Shown: piece after piece, positions 1-10,272 of the stretch
Layout of the letters: every line of letters begins with the position of its first letter
Numbering within the stretch: position 1 is the first letter of the stretch
Assembly (NCBI GenBank): GCA_963720465.1
Contig: OY970393.1
Span: 448,001-512,000, forward strand
Origin: Methanobacteriota archaeon
GTDB lineage: Archaea; Halobacteriota; Bog-38; Methanoflorentales; Methanoflorentaceae
Length of the DNA stretch: 64,000 nt
Reading direction: 5' to 3'
Notes under the pieces: generated by a model
Database searches by the model: none
What the model was told of the DNA's origin: nothing
What the model saw: the letters and a program-made list of their open reading frames with translations, nothing else
Position numbers and translations under genes: made by a program

Positions 1-1
1 G

Positions 2-562
2 CTCTCTGCCGGGCCGCTCGCCGGCTCAGCGTTCATCGTTACGAACACCTCCGCGGCTGCGGGCATGCTCTCATGGATGCTGATCGAATACCTTCGATTC
101 GGCAAAGCGACCATGTTAGGCGCGGCCTCAGGCATTGTCGCGGGCTTGGTCGCGATCACGCCGGCGGCGGGATTCGTCAACATCCCTGCTGCTATGGTGA
201 TCGGCTTCGTCACCTCCATTGTGTCGTACACTGCGATCTCTTACCTCAAGCCGCGGCTCGGCTACGACGATGCGCTCGATGTGTTTGGCGTGCACGGGAT
301 CTCAGGCATTTGGGGTGCACTCGCTGTTGGGATCTTTGCGAGTCCGTTTATCAACGCGGCGGGAACTGGCCTCGCCTATGGCCATCCTGCACAGCTGGAG
401 ATACAGGCTATAGCGGTGGCTGCAACGTTTGCGTACTCCTTCGTGGTCACGTTGATCATCGCTAAAGCGATCGACCTTACCATCGGGCTGCGCGTGAGCG
501 AAGAGCAAGAGGCTCAGGGCTTAGATCAGGCACTGCACGACGAGGCTGCGTATCATATATAA
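2..562 (+). CDS. amtB: Ammonium transporter, 3' part (gene starts before the window)
   Basis: Motifs [35 protein letters not shown]...H.E.AY; directly upstream of a PII gene. Confidence 0.97.
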   Translation, partial: LSAGPLAGSAFIVTNTSAAAGMLSWMLIEYLRFGKATMLGAASGIVAGLVAITPAAGFVNIPAAMVIGFVTSIVSYTAISYLKPRLGYDDALDVFGVHGISGIWGALAVGIFASPFINAAGTGLAYGHPAQLEIQAIAVAATFAYSFVVTLIIAKAIDLTIGLRVSEEQEAQGLDQALHDEAAYHI

Positions 563-598
563 TCTCCGGATGCGTTAGCAAGGATTTGACAGAGGTGA

Positions 599-940
<342 letters not shown>

Positions 941-951
941 GCAGCACCGCT

Positions 952-982
952 GGTGATGGCGTGCCCATCACCTCTCTTTTTT
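952..982 (+). terminator. Hairpin plus T-tract after glnK
   Basis: GGTGATGG-CGTGC-CCATCACC followed by TCTCTTTTTT. Confidence 0.6.
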
Positions 983-1032
983 AATCAGGTTCTCCGTTCC
1001 GACAGCGCATCCGCGCTGCGCCACGCTGCTTG

Positions 1033-1452
1033 TTACATCGCTCGAGTTTCGGCGTCAAAGCTGAAAGAGCGATCAACGACGTCAGCTGGTTCGAGGACCC
1101 AGACTCCCTTAAGGTCGATGGTACGTGCCCGTAATTCATCGAGAAACTTCTCGTACAGTGGACCAGCGGTTTGGAACTCTATAACAGAGCAGATGACCTG
1201 ATAGGCGATCTCACGCTCTCCGCTTGCTGAGACGCACAAGATAGACACCAAGGTGCTGGTTTCCATATGGCGCAGGAGCTCTTGGTCGAATTGTGCTCCT
1301 CCTGGCTGAGCCAGCACAATGATATTTGGCTCAGGCGCTTTCACTCCTCGAATATTCACAAGGCTGACCGTGCCATCAAGGGCAGTCGTTGCGAGCGTCT
1401 TAACCGCACTGCGATCGTTCAGTAACCGCACAGCTTCATCGGGAAGATCCAT
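1033..1452 (-). CDS. Pyridoxamine 5'-phosphate oxidase-like (FMN split-barrel) protein
   Basis: VKTLATT..DG, AYQV, FQT.GPLYE pattern of the archaeal PNPOx-like family. Confidence 0.6.
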   Translation of the reverse strand: MDLPDEAVRLLNDRSAVKTLATTALDGTVSLVNIRGVKAPEPNIIVLAQPGGAQFDQELLRHMETSTLVSILCVSASGEREIAYQVICSVIEFQTAGPLYEKFLDELRARTIDLKGVWVLEPADVVDRSFSFDAETRAM

Positions 1453-1489
1453 ATCGAGAACAGTCGTTCACATCGCCGAGCGCACTGCG

Positions 1490-1723
1490 CTAGTCTTTGT
1501 CTAGTTCAGAGACGTATAACACATTGTTGCCGCGCAGAATGAGTTTGCCGAATGCTGTGCGCCGGTGATTTCTGCATTGCTCAGCTTCGTCAAGCGAAAT
1601 GTTCCAGTGTGGGTCGTACCCCAGAAACGTTCCTGTGAAAACTTGCGCGCCCTTTAACCGTACGGTGACATTCTTGCCGATGTTGCGAGACAACACGTCA
1701 AAAGGTCTTTTAGTCTGCGTCAT
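1490..1723 (-). CDS. Sm-like (Lsm/SmAP) RNA-binding protein
   Basis: RPFDVL, Sm1 G.F.GYD.H.NI.L, Sm2 ILRGNNV. Confidence 0.93.
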   Translation of the reverse strand: MTQTKRPFDVLSRNIGKNVTVRLKGAQVFTGTFLGYDPHWNISLDEAEQCRNHRRTAFGKLILRGNNVLYVSELDKD

Positions 1724-1858
1724 ACTCTGTCAGAACCGCTCAGTAGCCTACGGATTGAGCGGACCACTCGCGTTAAGACTCTTCGTTCACCTACATAAAA
1801 CATGGTACTCCTGAGGTCTGCATAATCTTTATCTCGTGAAATGGGAGAGTGATAGAAG

Positions 1859-2629
1859 ATGCTGAAGCTTGTTGTTGTCTTAGCCTCGATTTTGCTCATC
1901 GCGGTCTCCGTGGGCTGTCTACAACAAGCGAACACGAACGCGCCGTTATCGACCTCCTTAGCGACAACGACGCTAACGATCAGCGCACCACTCGTTAACC
2001 AGAGCGAGTATGCGACGTTTGCGTGTCAGCTCAACGTGACGCACGGCCCAGGCTTGAACAACAAGGCGATCCGCTGGTCTATCGACAACGTGAACAAAAA
2101 TACCACGAGCACCGTATGGGGGTACGCGACGTTGAACTTGACCATACCCGAAACTCAGGGCTTATCGATCGGCAAGCACGTTCTCACGGCTTCTTTTGAC
2201 GGTGATGCTAACTACACGCCGTCGCACGCAACGACGACGTTCCAGGTGCAGATCGCCCCGACGCCGAGCCCGAATGCTTCTTCGAATGTGACGAAGGAAA
2301 ACGCATCAGTAACGCTGAGCGTGCCTTCCACGGTGCAACCGGGGGATGCTATCCTTACCGGCACGTTCTCAGGAATGAGCAGCAGCAGCAGCCTCTACGT
2401 GCTGGTCAGACCTACCGGAAACGACACGTGGATTGTGCAACAGGTCCCACTCACTTACGCCAATGGTACGTACGCCGACCACGTGAATTTTAATACACAC
2501 GGGAACAGCAACAGTCAACAGTTTGACCTGCTGGCCATCATCACCTCGAACACCCTTAACGCGGGGGACAGCATCACGAAGCTGCCAAAAACGCTCGCGC
2601 AGAACCAAGTGACAACCACGGTGCAATGA
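1859..2629 (+). CDS. Secreted lipoprotein with Ig-like domains
   Basis: Hydrophobic signal ending in SVG-C lipobox; Thr/Ser/Asn-rich; G.H.LTASFDGDANY.PS Big_3-like motif. Confidence 0.75.
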   Translation: MLKLVVVLASILLIAVSVGCLQQANTNAPLSTSLATTTLTISAPLVNQSEYATFACQLNVTHGPGLNNKAIRWSIDNVNKNTTSTVWGYATLNLTIPETQGLSIGKHVLTASFDGDANYTPSHATTTFQVQIAPTPSPNASSNVTKENASVTLSVPSTVQPGDAILTGTFSGMSSSSSLYVLVRPTGNDTWIVQQVPLTYANGTYADHVNFNTHGNSNSQQFDLLAIITSNTLNAGDSITKLPKTLAQNQVTTTVQ

Positions 2630-2854
2630 AGTCTACTTGGGCAACGTAATTCTTCTGCAGATGCTGCGTATTCGACTTCATTCGGCGCCCATTGCAGTCC
2701 ACAGCGCGTTTCGACTGGCTCCCAATGCGTCTGCTACTAACATCACAAATTATAAATAAAAACAGCGCGAGCATAAGCCATCATTAATAATGATATTTTG
2801 ACGATCTAGCCAGAGAGGCTGAACGCAAGTGGTCTTCAAAAGGGGTGTAGGACA

Positions 2855-4627
2855 TTGGCAAACCGAGCGGACTACGAATGGACTATAAAGACCGTGAATG
2901 ATCGAGAGATCATCGAAAAGCAGTGGCCAGGCAACATGCCGAGCTATGAGCAAGCCTGTGCCGAATTTCGCTTCGAAGACGTCGAAAAAGAGTTTACGTG
3001 GTACGATACAGGCCGCGTAAACCTCGCGCACGAAGCGATTGACCGGCACGCCGAAGGGTGGAGGAAGAACAAGGTAGCTCTCTACTCCGACGGTCCTGAT
3101 GGCGCACGCAAGTACACGTTTCTCGATCTGAAGTTCCTGTCAAACCAGTTTGCGAATGTGTTGAAGAGTCTCGGCATCGCCAAGGGCGACCGAGTCTTCA
3201 CGTACATGGGGCGCTACCCTGAGCTCTACATGGCGGCTATTGGCACGGTCAAGAACGGTTCCGTTTGGGGGCCGCTGTTTGGAGGGTTCAGGGCGGAGGC
3301 CGTCATGGACCGGCTGGAAGACAGCGGCGCGAAGGCCTTAGTCACCACCCCTGATCTCAAGGCGTCCAGCGTCGACGAGATCGTCGATAGCCTTCCTGAG
3401 CTCCAGTACGTGATCGTCGCAAAGTCGGACGGTGCCGAACTGACGGGCGAGCGTACGGTCAGCTTCGAAGAGGAGATGACGGGCGCCTCAACGACGCATC
3501 AAACAGAGTGGATGGACCGGGAAGACCCCGTAATGATGCACTACACGTCGGGAACGACGGGTAAGGCGAAAGGAGTTGTGCACGCCCATAACGCGATGAT
3601 CGGACACTACATCACGACGCGGTACGTGCAGGACGTCACCGAGTCTGACATCTACTGGTGCACAGCGGATCCAGGATGGGTCACAGGCACGTCGTACGCG
3701 TGTTGGGGTCCGTGGCTGAATGGTACGTCGCAGGTCTCGTACAGCGGCCGGTTTGATTCTGCCACGTGGTACGGCATCATCGACAACTATCAGGTGACCA
3801 TCTGGTATACCGCACCGACTGCGCTCAGGCTCCTCATGAAAGACGGGCTTGACGTCTCGAACAAGTTCGATTTTGGCAGCTTGCGATACATCACGAGCGT
3901 CGGTGAGCCACTCAATCCAGAAGTGATTCGCTGGGGGCTTAAGGCATTCGGGCTGCCCATCCACGACACGTGGTGGATGACTGAAACGGGTCAGATTCTC
4001 ATCGCGAACTATCCGTGCATGTCCATTCGGGAGGGCTCGATGGGACGCCCGTTTCCGAGCATCACGGCGTCGATTGTCGATGACGCAGGCAATGAGCTCC
4101 CCCCAAACACTCCGGGGAACCTCGTCATAAAGCCGCCGTGGCCCGCGCTCTTGCGCAGCATTTGGAAAAACCAGGAGAAGTACAAGAGCTACTTTGAGAT
4201 TCCAGGATGGTTTAAGACTGGCGACAGCGCGTTTCGCGACGAGGATAACTACTTCTGGTTTATGGGGCGCGTCGATGACGTCATAAAAACCTCGGGAGAA
4301 CGTGTGGGCCCGTTCGAGGTGGAAAGCGCCCTTGTCGAGCACCCGGCCGTCGCTGAAGCGGGCGTTATCGGAAAGCCCGACGCGCTGCGCGGCGAGATCA
4401 TCAAGGCGTTCGTGAGCCTCAGGGCAGGACAGATGCCATCTGAAGACCTCAAACAAGACATCTCGCAGTTTGTCAAAAAACACTTGGCAGCCCACGCGTT
4501 TCCGCGCGAGATTGAGTTCATGGAAAAGCTCCCGAAAACCCGAAGCGGCAAGATCATGCGGCGGGTGCTCAAGGCACAAGAGCTCGGACTGCCTATGGGG
4601 GACCTCGCCTCACTCGATGAGGACTGA
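2855..4627 (+). CDS. acsA: Acetate--CoA ligase (AMP-forming acetyl-CoA synthetase)
   Basis: YTSGTTGKAKG, TADPGWVTG, SVGEPLNPE, DTWWMTETG, LPKTRSGKIMRR; TTG start behind GGGGTG. Confidence 0.95.
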   Translation: MANRADYEWTIKTVNDREIIEKQWPGNMPSYEQACAEFRFEDVEKEFTWYDTGRVNLAHEAIDRHAEGWRKNKVALYSDGPDGARKYTFLDLKFLSNQFANVLKSLGIAKGDRVFTYMGRYPELYMAAIGTVKNGSVWGPLFGGFRAEAVMDRLEDSGAKALVTTPDLKASSVDEIVDSLPELQYVIVAKSDGAELTGERTVSFEEEMTGASTTHQTEWMDREDPVMMHYTSGTTGKAKGVVHAHNAMIGHYITTRYVQDVTESDIYWCTADPGWVTGTSYACWGPWLNGTSQVSYSGRFDSATWYGIIDNYQVTIWYTAPTALRLLMKDGLDVSNKFDFGSLRYITSVGEPLNPEVIRWGLKAFGLPIHDTWWMTETGQILIANYPCMSIREGSMGRPFPSITASIVDDAGNELPPNTPGNLVIKPPWPALLRSIWKNQEKYKSYFEIPGWFKTGDSAFRDEDNYFWFMGRVDDVIKTSGERVGPFEVESALVEHPAVAEAGVIGKPDALRGEIIKAFVSLRAGQMPSEDLKQDISQFVKKHLAAHAFPREIEFMEKLPKTRSGKIMRRVLKAQELGLPMGDLASLDED

Positions 4628-4696
4628 GCCCCTCCTCCTCCTTTTCTTTTTTCTCACATCCTTAAGTACGAGCCGTCCTCTTTGGTGTACGAGGGC

Positions 4697-5272
4697 ATGA
4701 CGGAGACCCAAAGTGGCATAGTTGAGTTTCGCATCACGCTGCGCGATCAGGAGCGCCGTCAGCCCAAGCTGTCCGCAATCCAAGAGCTGATCAAGGACCG
4801 CATCCACCAGTCAGCTGATTTGAGCGACCTCTACTACGCGCCTTCTGACGCCTATGCCGAGCTGGAAGCGACGTGGTCGACTTCAGATGGAACGCTCAGC
4901 GTGGTGAAAACGATCCCTGCGGGCTCTGTTGCAGTGCTTCACTGCAGTACGTATGTAAAACGTTTTGACCACACGAGAGAGGAGCTCAACATTAAGTCGA
5001 TCGTATTGAGCAAGGGGTACGACATCGGCGTCTGTACGGGGCGAAGCTTTGTTAAATACGCCTGCAGCGATCTCATGTATGCTGACCGTTTTTTCAGTTA
5101 CCGCTTTGGGGACCGGAGGTACTGGTTTGTCTGCTATTTGAGCTCTCTCGACGACGCTGAACTCATCAGTGACAGGTTCGTTGAGCTCTTCGGCGCACGC
5201 CGCGGGCCTCAGGTGTTTGCGTGGCTCAAAGAAGTACTCAGCTTGGAAAGGGCTCGCAGCTATAGCGCGTGA
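4697..5272 (+). CDS. Hypothetical protein
   Basis: 191-aa ORF with normal composition; no family recognised. Confidence 0.6.
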   Translation: MTETQSGIVEFRITLRDQERRQPKLSAIQELIKDRIHQSADLSDLYYAPSDAYAELEATWSTSDGTLSVVKTIPAGSVAVLHCSTYVKRFDHTREELNIKSIVLSKGYDIGVCTGRSFVKYACSDLMYADRFFSYRFGDRRYWFVCYLSSLDDAELISDRFVELFGARRGPQVFAWLKEVLSLERARSYSA

Positions 5273-5521
5273 CGTGCGTCAGGCCCTGTCGCGGCTCATC
5301 GCTGTAGCCAGCGTGACCACCTCATTATCAGACGCCGTAGCGCACGGTCGCAGAGCGGACGGCAAAACACGCGTTACTTTTGATTTAGGCAGGTTTTCGC
5401 CTGTCGATGCCACGGCCTTTGTTAACCCCGCGTAACGATCGCAGCAAAGGCATCGTTAGCAGGTTCGCTTTAAATAGACGTCTCGCCACACTTCTATCGA
5501 CGTACTTGATTGGTGGTATGT

Positions 5522-5989
5522 ATGGACGATTGGAAAAAAACACTCGATGACCTCTTTCAAAAGAAGGCGGCCTACGAACAAAAATTAGCGGAAGACAGAC
5601 AGAAAGCTGTCGCCGCACACGCCCAGCAATTCTCACTCGTTGCGGCACTCTTCGATTCGACGATCAATCCGGCATTTGAAGAGGTACGGTCGGAACTACT
5701 GAAACACGGATCCGAACCGAACATCCTTCTCGCGCATCCGTCGGCCAGAGCCGGTTCCCGATTGGCCAGTGCACTTGAGATCGACGAGGGGGTGACCCGG
5801 TTCGGTTATGAGATTTATGCTCGTGTCTCTCCGACCGGGTACAGCTTGAATACGCGCGTGCAGGTAGACAACTACGAAACCGCCCGGCATGACCTCGCGC
5901 AAAGCCTCCTGCCCAACACAAGCTCAAAAAGTGACATTATCAATGACGTCGTCGAGCGGTACATGAAGGCCATAACGGCACAGTTATAA
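5522..5989 (+). CDS. Hypothetical protein (N-terminal coiled coil)
   Basis: ATG behind GGTGG; TTTAAATA box upstream at about 5469. Confidence 0.65.
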   Translation: MDDWKKTLDDLFQKKAAYEQKLAEDRQKAVAAHAQQFSLVAALFDSTINPAFEEVRSELLKHGSEPNILLAHPSARAGSRLASALEIDEGVTRFGYEIYARVSPTGYSLNTRVQVDNYETARHDLAQSLLPNTSSKSDIINDVVERYMKAITAQL

Positions 5990-6100
5990 CGGGCGCATTC
6001 TCCCCCCATGCGCGGACCGCGTGAACGCGTGATAACTTGAACTATCATAACTGCACAAGCAGAAATGGCGTTAAGCCGAATCGTAACGTAGGTGACTAAA

Positions 6101-6708
6101 CTGAAGTTCAATGTAGATATTGCGACCTTAGTAACGCAAATTGATGACTTGTCCACTCTCTTAAAGGCAGCGATCGCAGGAGATCTGGTAGAAACGCTCA
6201 AACGGCAAAGCCCCTTGACGATCTTCGCTCCTGATAATGAAGCGTTCAGTAAAGTTCCAGCTGGCACACTCGACAGTTGCTCAATAACAAAGAACAGCTG
6301 ACTGGCGTTCTTACATATCACGTGGTGGCCGGGAAGCACTTTGCGGCTGATTTAGCCAAGCAGGAGACTCTTCTGACTGTTCAAGGTGGTATGCTCGAGG
6401 TTCACGAACATCATTGGCTGCGGCACGAGATCACGATAAACGATGCTGTGGTAAAAGATGCCAACCTTGAGTGTGCTAACGGTGTTATTCACATCATTGA
6501 CACCGTGTTAATGCCGACTAGACCTCGGTCTAAACGTCGCGCCGAAAAAATACTGAGAGCGGTTAACGAAACAAACAGCGGTTTTGTCAAGAGCTGGCTG
6601 TTTTATTTCGCGATTAAACGCAGGATTAACGCGCTAAAGGGAGATGTGAAACGGCATCAGAAACAGGGAGCCCCTAACAGAATGGAAAGAGGAGAGCACG
6701 TGGATTAA
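6101..6708 (+). pseudogene. Fasciclin (FAS1) domain gene split by a 1-nt frameshift near 6276
   Basis: First frame TIFAPDNEAF..VPAGTLD; second frame LTGVLTYHVV...NGVIHIIDTVL. GAC AGT TGC TC lacks one T relative to D-S-L-L. Confidence 0.85.
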
Positions 6709-6763
6709 CCCAGAGATACCAGACTTGCGATGAGGCATTTTGTCCCCCAAATCTGCTTTTTAT

Positions 6764-6955
6764 TCACGGGATAGTGAAGCCGAGGACGAATAAAAGTAGC
6801 ACGAGCAAAGCTCCTGGGATCCCAGCCAGTGCACAAATAATTACAGTGATGAGATTTATGGGCACTGCAAACCCAAGGAATTTCGCCAAAGCCAGAATGA
6901 TGAGGCCAAATATCGAATTAACTACTAGATATCTTATTGTGCTCCCCAGACTCAT
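6764..6955 (-). CDS. Small membrane protein, BofA (pro-sigmaK processing inhibitor)-like
   Basis: NSIFGLIIL, VPINLITV, ALAGIPG pattern; the N-terminus may be clipped. Confidence 0.7.
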   Translation of the reverse strand: MSLGSTIRYLVVNSIFGLIILALAKFLGFAVPINLITVIICALAGIPGALLVLLLFVLGFTIP

Positions 6956-7062
6956 AACACCAACTTAACAACAAGATCTAAAAGAAGGTTTAGATTTTTT
7001 TAATTCGCTGGTGAATCCGCTTCGCGGATTTTCTTGCGGACAAAGCTTTATTTGAGAGATAT

Positions 7063-7353
7063 GCAGGATTGTCTCTCTGGTTCACTCCCGGGCATCCCAC
7101 GTCTCCGTCACGCTGGAAGATGGTGCTACTGCTCACCGTGAGTATCTTCATAATGGCTGAGATCATCACACCTCTCCTTAATCTCGCTCTTGGTCTCTTG
7201 CCGCAACCTCTTGCGTTGTTTATTTCTTTGGGCATACAGGTTGCCCTGCTTACCTATTTCGTATTGCCGTGGCTTACTACAGAGTCGCGAAATGGCTTTA
7301 TGATGTACCGCAATCTGACGGATAGGTACCGCGGTGGTATTGCGGCGCGGTAA
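7063..7353 (+). pseudogene. C-terminal membrane half of a COG3224/ABM-family gene
   Basis: GLSLWFT...PSRWKM...LLTYFVLPWLT; the expected KWLY end lies in another frame and the N-terminal domain is absent. Confidence 0.55.
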
Positions 7354-7770
7354 ATGACGTTTAATATCCATTTGTCTGGTATTTTCTAGAATTAGCGACA
7401 GGTTAGCGGAGTTTTTTTTAGGCCGCTGAGCTGGCTTCAGCGTGTTTGCAAGACTGAAGGGGCCGCTTTTTCGGCAAAGAGGTCGAGAGGAGTTGGGCTG
7501 AATAAGCAATGTGGGTTGACGTCTTTTCTGGCGGGGGGCGGTCTAGTCAGGATCATTGGTCCCTCTCCGCGCAGCAGTCGTCATGAACACGTGCCATTGG
7601 CGGGGACAACACAGATTCTGATCGCAAACAATCGCGAAGTGATCGAGAACAGTTCATCTGCAGCTCATTGTATTGGCGTTTAGTTTCTGTTATCTGTTTG
7701 GTCAACCAAGACCAACCTCTGAGGTGGCTCGGGGAAAGTTTATCTGCGATGGATAGTGCATGTTTAATAG

Positions 7771-7853
7771 ATCATAATTTTTCACTATGATCTAGTAATA
7801 AGCCAAGTGAAAAATGTGGTGTACACCATACGCGAATATGAATTTCGTGTGGT
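7771..7853 (+). promoter_or_regulatory. Cluster of dyad symmetries upstream of the HTH gene
   Basis: GATCATA..TATGATC; ATTTTTCACT..AGTGAAAAAT; TGGTGTACACCA palindrome. Confidence 0.45.
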
Positions 7854-7871
7854 TTTTGGGAGCGATGGAAC

Positions 7872-8633
7872 ATGAATGAACGTGAATTACATGCTCGATT
7901 TCGCGAATTGGGTTTTGAGCTCCCTCACCCATCCATCAAGAGATGGAGTCGGCAAGGATTACTCCCTCAGCCCGGCGTGGCCGCGTCGCGTGGAGTAGGT
8001 CGTGGACGAGGCCGTGCAGCCGATTGGCCCGAATCGACTGTAAAACAAGCAGCCGCAATCTACACGATGCGCAATCAGGGGTATCCGGGTCAGAAGAAGC
8101 GCATCTCACCAAAAACGGTCGCTGCGATTAGCGGCTTTGCCAATACATTCTTTGTATGGCTCGAGGAGTACCGCTCAAACGTCAATGATCCGCAGCTCAG
8201 CGCTTTTTATAACCGATTTTACACGCCGATCGATGTCAAGGTTCCCAGCGAGTTCATTAAGGAAAACGATAGGAAAAATGACAAAGGGGAGGTATGGTCG
8301 TGGAGACCAGCACTTTTTGATGAAGCTCGTGAGTCGCTTGCTGTGAAATGGATTGCGACCGTCGAAAAAATCGAGCTCAATATTCCCGTAACATCGCCTT
8401 TGGCAATCAAGTACTATTTCTCTCGAGCGAGACCGAGGGGCGATGACGCGCTGGAAAACGCCACCATTCCAATGCTCTACAGATTCGGTTCTGCAGAAGT
8501 ATCTGAAGCGGACGCGATTTATGTTATCGCTCTCACCTTTCCGGAATACGAAAACCTCGCACTGTCTTTCGAGAAGAACACGGCGCTTGTTGGCTTCAAG
8601 GACCGAGACGGTTGGACACAAGTGGTTCCATGA
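7872..8633 (+). CDS. Putative DNA-binding protein with a MerR/excisionase-like N-terminal HTH
   Basis: SIKRWSRQGLLPQP...GRGRGR..W; paralogous to 12480..13691. Confidence 0.65.
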   Translation: MNERELHARFRELGFELPHPSIKRWSRQGLLPQPGVAASRGVGRGRGRAADWPESTVKQAAAIYTMRNQGYPGQKKRISPKTVAAISGFANTFFVWLEEYRSNVNDPQLSAFYNRFYTPIDVKVPSEFIKENDRKNDKGEVWSWRPALFDEARESLAVKWIATVEKIELNIPVTSPLAIKYYFSRARPRGDDALENATIPMLYRFGSAEVSEADAIYVIALTFPEYENLALSFEKNTALVGFKDRDGWTQVVP

Positions 8634-8741
8634 GATACGCCAAGATGAAATGCGGGCCACGAGAAGCTGCTTCGCCGGGCCGGACTGGGTCGGTCGCGAA
8701 GAAGAAGTCAGCAGAGGATTGTAAAGGGGAGCATTTTAGAT

Positions 8742-9245
8742 ATGCAGTGCAAGGTCTGTTTACACCCTAAAAGGGCTCAAATAGAGCAGCAAGTAGCGGA
8801 ACGCACTTTGACGCAGTCACAAGCAGCTCTAATTGTTGGCTGTCACAACAGCACCGTCTCTCGCCACATGCGGTTCTGCGTCGCACCACACGTCGCGGAG
8901 ATCGCACGAAAAGCGAGAGAAACCCAGGGTATTAACGTCTTTCAGTGGCTAACGGAGTCGCATCGGAGGACACTCGACATCCGTGAGAGAGCCCTCAGTG
9001 AGGGGAAACTGTGCGACGCTCTGAGGGCGCAGGAGGTCGAGCTCAAACAACTCGCGTATATGGCGAAGTTGACTGGCCAGCACCACGATGCACCAGAGAT
9101 GAACTTCCGAATAAACCCTGAATACGTTCAGGCGATACAGGTCATTATGACCGAGCTCGGGCCTTACCCGGAAGTCAAAGAAAAGGTGGCGCGGGCCCTG
9201 TTGAGTCCGCAGGCGGAGACAGGGAATGACAGCAGGAGTACGTGA
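8742..9245 (+). CDS. Putative terminase small subunit (CxxCxH + HTH + helical C-terminus)
   Basis: MQCKVCLHP, HTH QSQAALIVGCHNSTVSRH; overlaps the start of the TerL-like gene. Confidence 0.6.
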   Translation: MQCKVCLHPKRAQIEQQVAERTLTQSQAALIVGCHNSTVSRHMRFCVAPHVAEIARKARETQGINVFQWLTESHRRTLDIRERALSEGKLCDALRAQEVELKQLAYMAKLTGQHHDAPEMNFRINPEYVQAIQVIMTELGPYPEVKEKVARALLSPQAETGNDSRST

Positions 9246-10011
9246 AGACCTTGCAGCGGCGATAAGTCCGGTCGTGTTCGCACAGTCGTTACATATAGAT
9301 CCGGACCCGTGGCAGAAGACCGTCCTGAATTCCACATCTAACCGGATCCTTCTGAACTGCTCGAGGCAAAGCGGAAAAAGCACGATAACGGCGATAATGG
9401 CGCTCCATCACGCCCTCTATACGTCGAACGCTCTTGTTCTCGTCGTAAGCCACACGCACCAGCAGGCAACTGAGACGTTCAGAAAAATCGTCCATTTCTA
9501 CGCGCAACTGAGTTCACCGATCCCTGCGACGGCTGAGACGGTCCGTCAGCTTGAGCTTGCCAACAGAAGCAGAATCATCTCTCTGAGTGGCCAGCGTCCT
9601 GACTCGCTCCGCGGTTTTAGCAGTCCGACGCTACTTGTCATCGATGAAGCCGCACTCGTGCTTGATGAAACTTATGATGAGGCCTTGAGGCCTATGCTGG
9701 CAGCCAGTAACGGAAAGATCGTGCTTCTCTCAACGCCGCATGGGAAACGCGGCTTCTTTTACCGGGCGTGGGAACACGAAGCTAACTGGCTAAAGATAAA
9801 GATCAACGCTGACGAATGCCCGCGAATCTCGAGGGAATTCTTGGAAGAGGAAAAAAAGAACAAGCCAGAGTGGCTGTTCAAGCAGGAATTTTTCAATTTC
9901 TTCGCGGAAGTCGTTTCTTCGGTCTTTAGACTTGAGGACATCGATGCAGCGTTAAATCATCCGGAACTTCCAGTGAGGTCGGAAATTGATTTGTCGTTGG
10001 ATGACCTTTAA
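9226..10011 (+). CDS. Terminase large subunit, ATPase domain only (Terminase_6N-like)
   Basis: DPWQ adenine motif, Walker A SRQSGKST, Walker B LLVIDEAA, motif III LLSTP, linker FKQEF; no nuclease domain. Confidence 0.9.
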   Translation: MTAGVREDLAAAISPVVFAQSLHIDPDPWQKTVLNSTSNRILLNCSRQSGKSTITAIMALHHALYTSNALVLVVSHTHQQATETFRKIVHFYAQLSSPIPATAETVRQLELANRSRIISLSGQRPDSLRGFSSPTLLVIDEAALVLDETYDEALRPMLAASNGKIVLLSTPHGKRGFFYRAWEHEANWLKIKINADECPRISREFLEEEKKNKPEWLFKQEFFNFFAEVVSSVFRLEDIDAALNHPELPVRSEIDLSLDDL

Positions 10012-10150
10012 ATTATTTAGACTTATTTTGTGGGGTGCGGAGCTGGAGGAAGCAGCAGTGAGATTCAACCGTGCAGGGTTTGAGGTTACGGGTGTAGATA
10101 TTAAGGAGTAACCGAATTATCTCGTTCGAGCTTGTGCAATTGGGACGCAA
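10001..10150 (+). pseudogene. Remnant of a virus-type DNA (cytosine-5) methyltransferase N-terminus
   Basis: Across frames it reads MTFKL/LDLFCG/CGAGGSS/FNRAGFEVTGVDIKE*PNY/FELVQ, matching SAM-binding motif I and the following segment; several indels and a stop. Confidence 0.8.
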
Positions 10151-10272
10151 ACGCCGTCGACGACCCTCTTTACTCTTTTCAATGAGTAGATGCAGAAGCT
10201 CCTGTGGCGGTCTTCCTCCATGTCCAACAGAGTAGTTTCATGCCGTTCGCCCTCCTACATTAGAATCATGCC

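Noticed and set aside
3488-4579. 363-aa antisense ORF and other long shadow ORFs (e.g. 35824..36582, 36767..37432, 38295..39116)
   Set aside because: They overlap well-supported genes on the opposite strand and have no motifs.
6270-6300. Programmed frameshifting in the fasciclin gene (and in HerA near 11021)
   Set aside because: No slippery heptamer is present; single-base loss in a region with many decayed genes, though sequencing error is not excluded.
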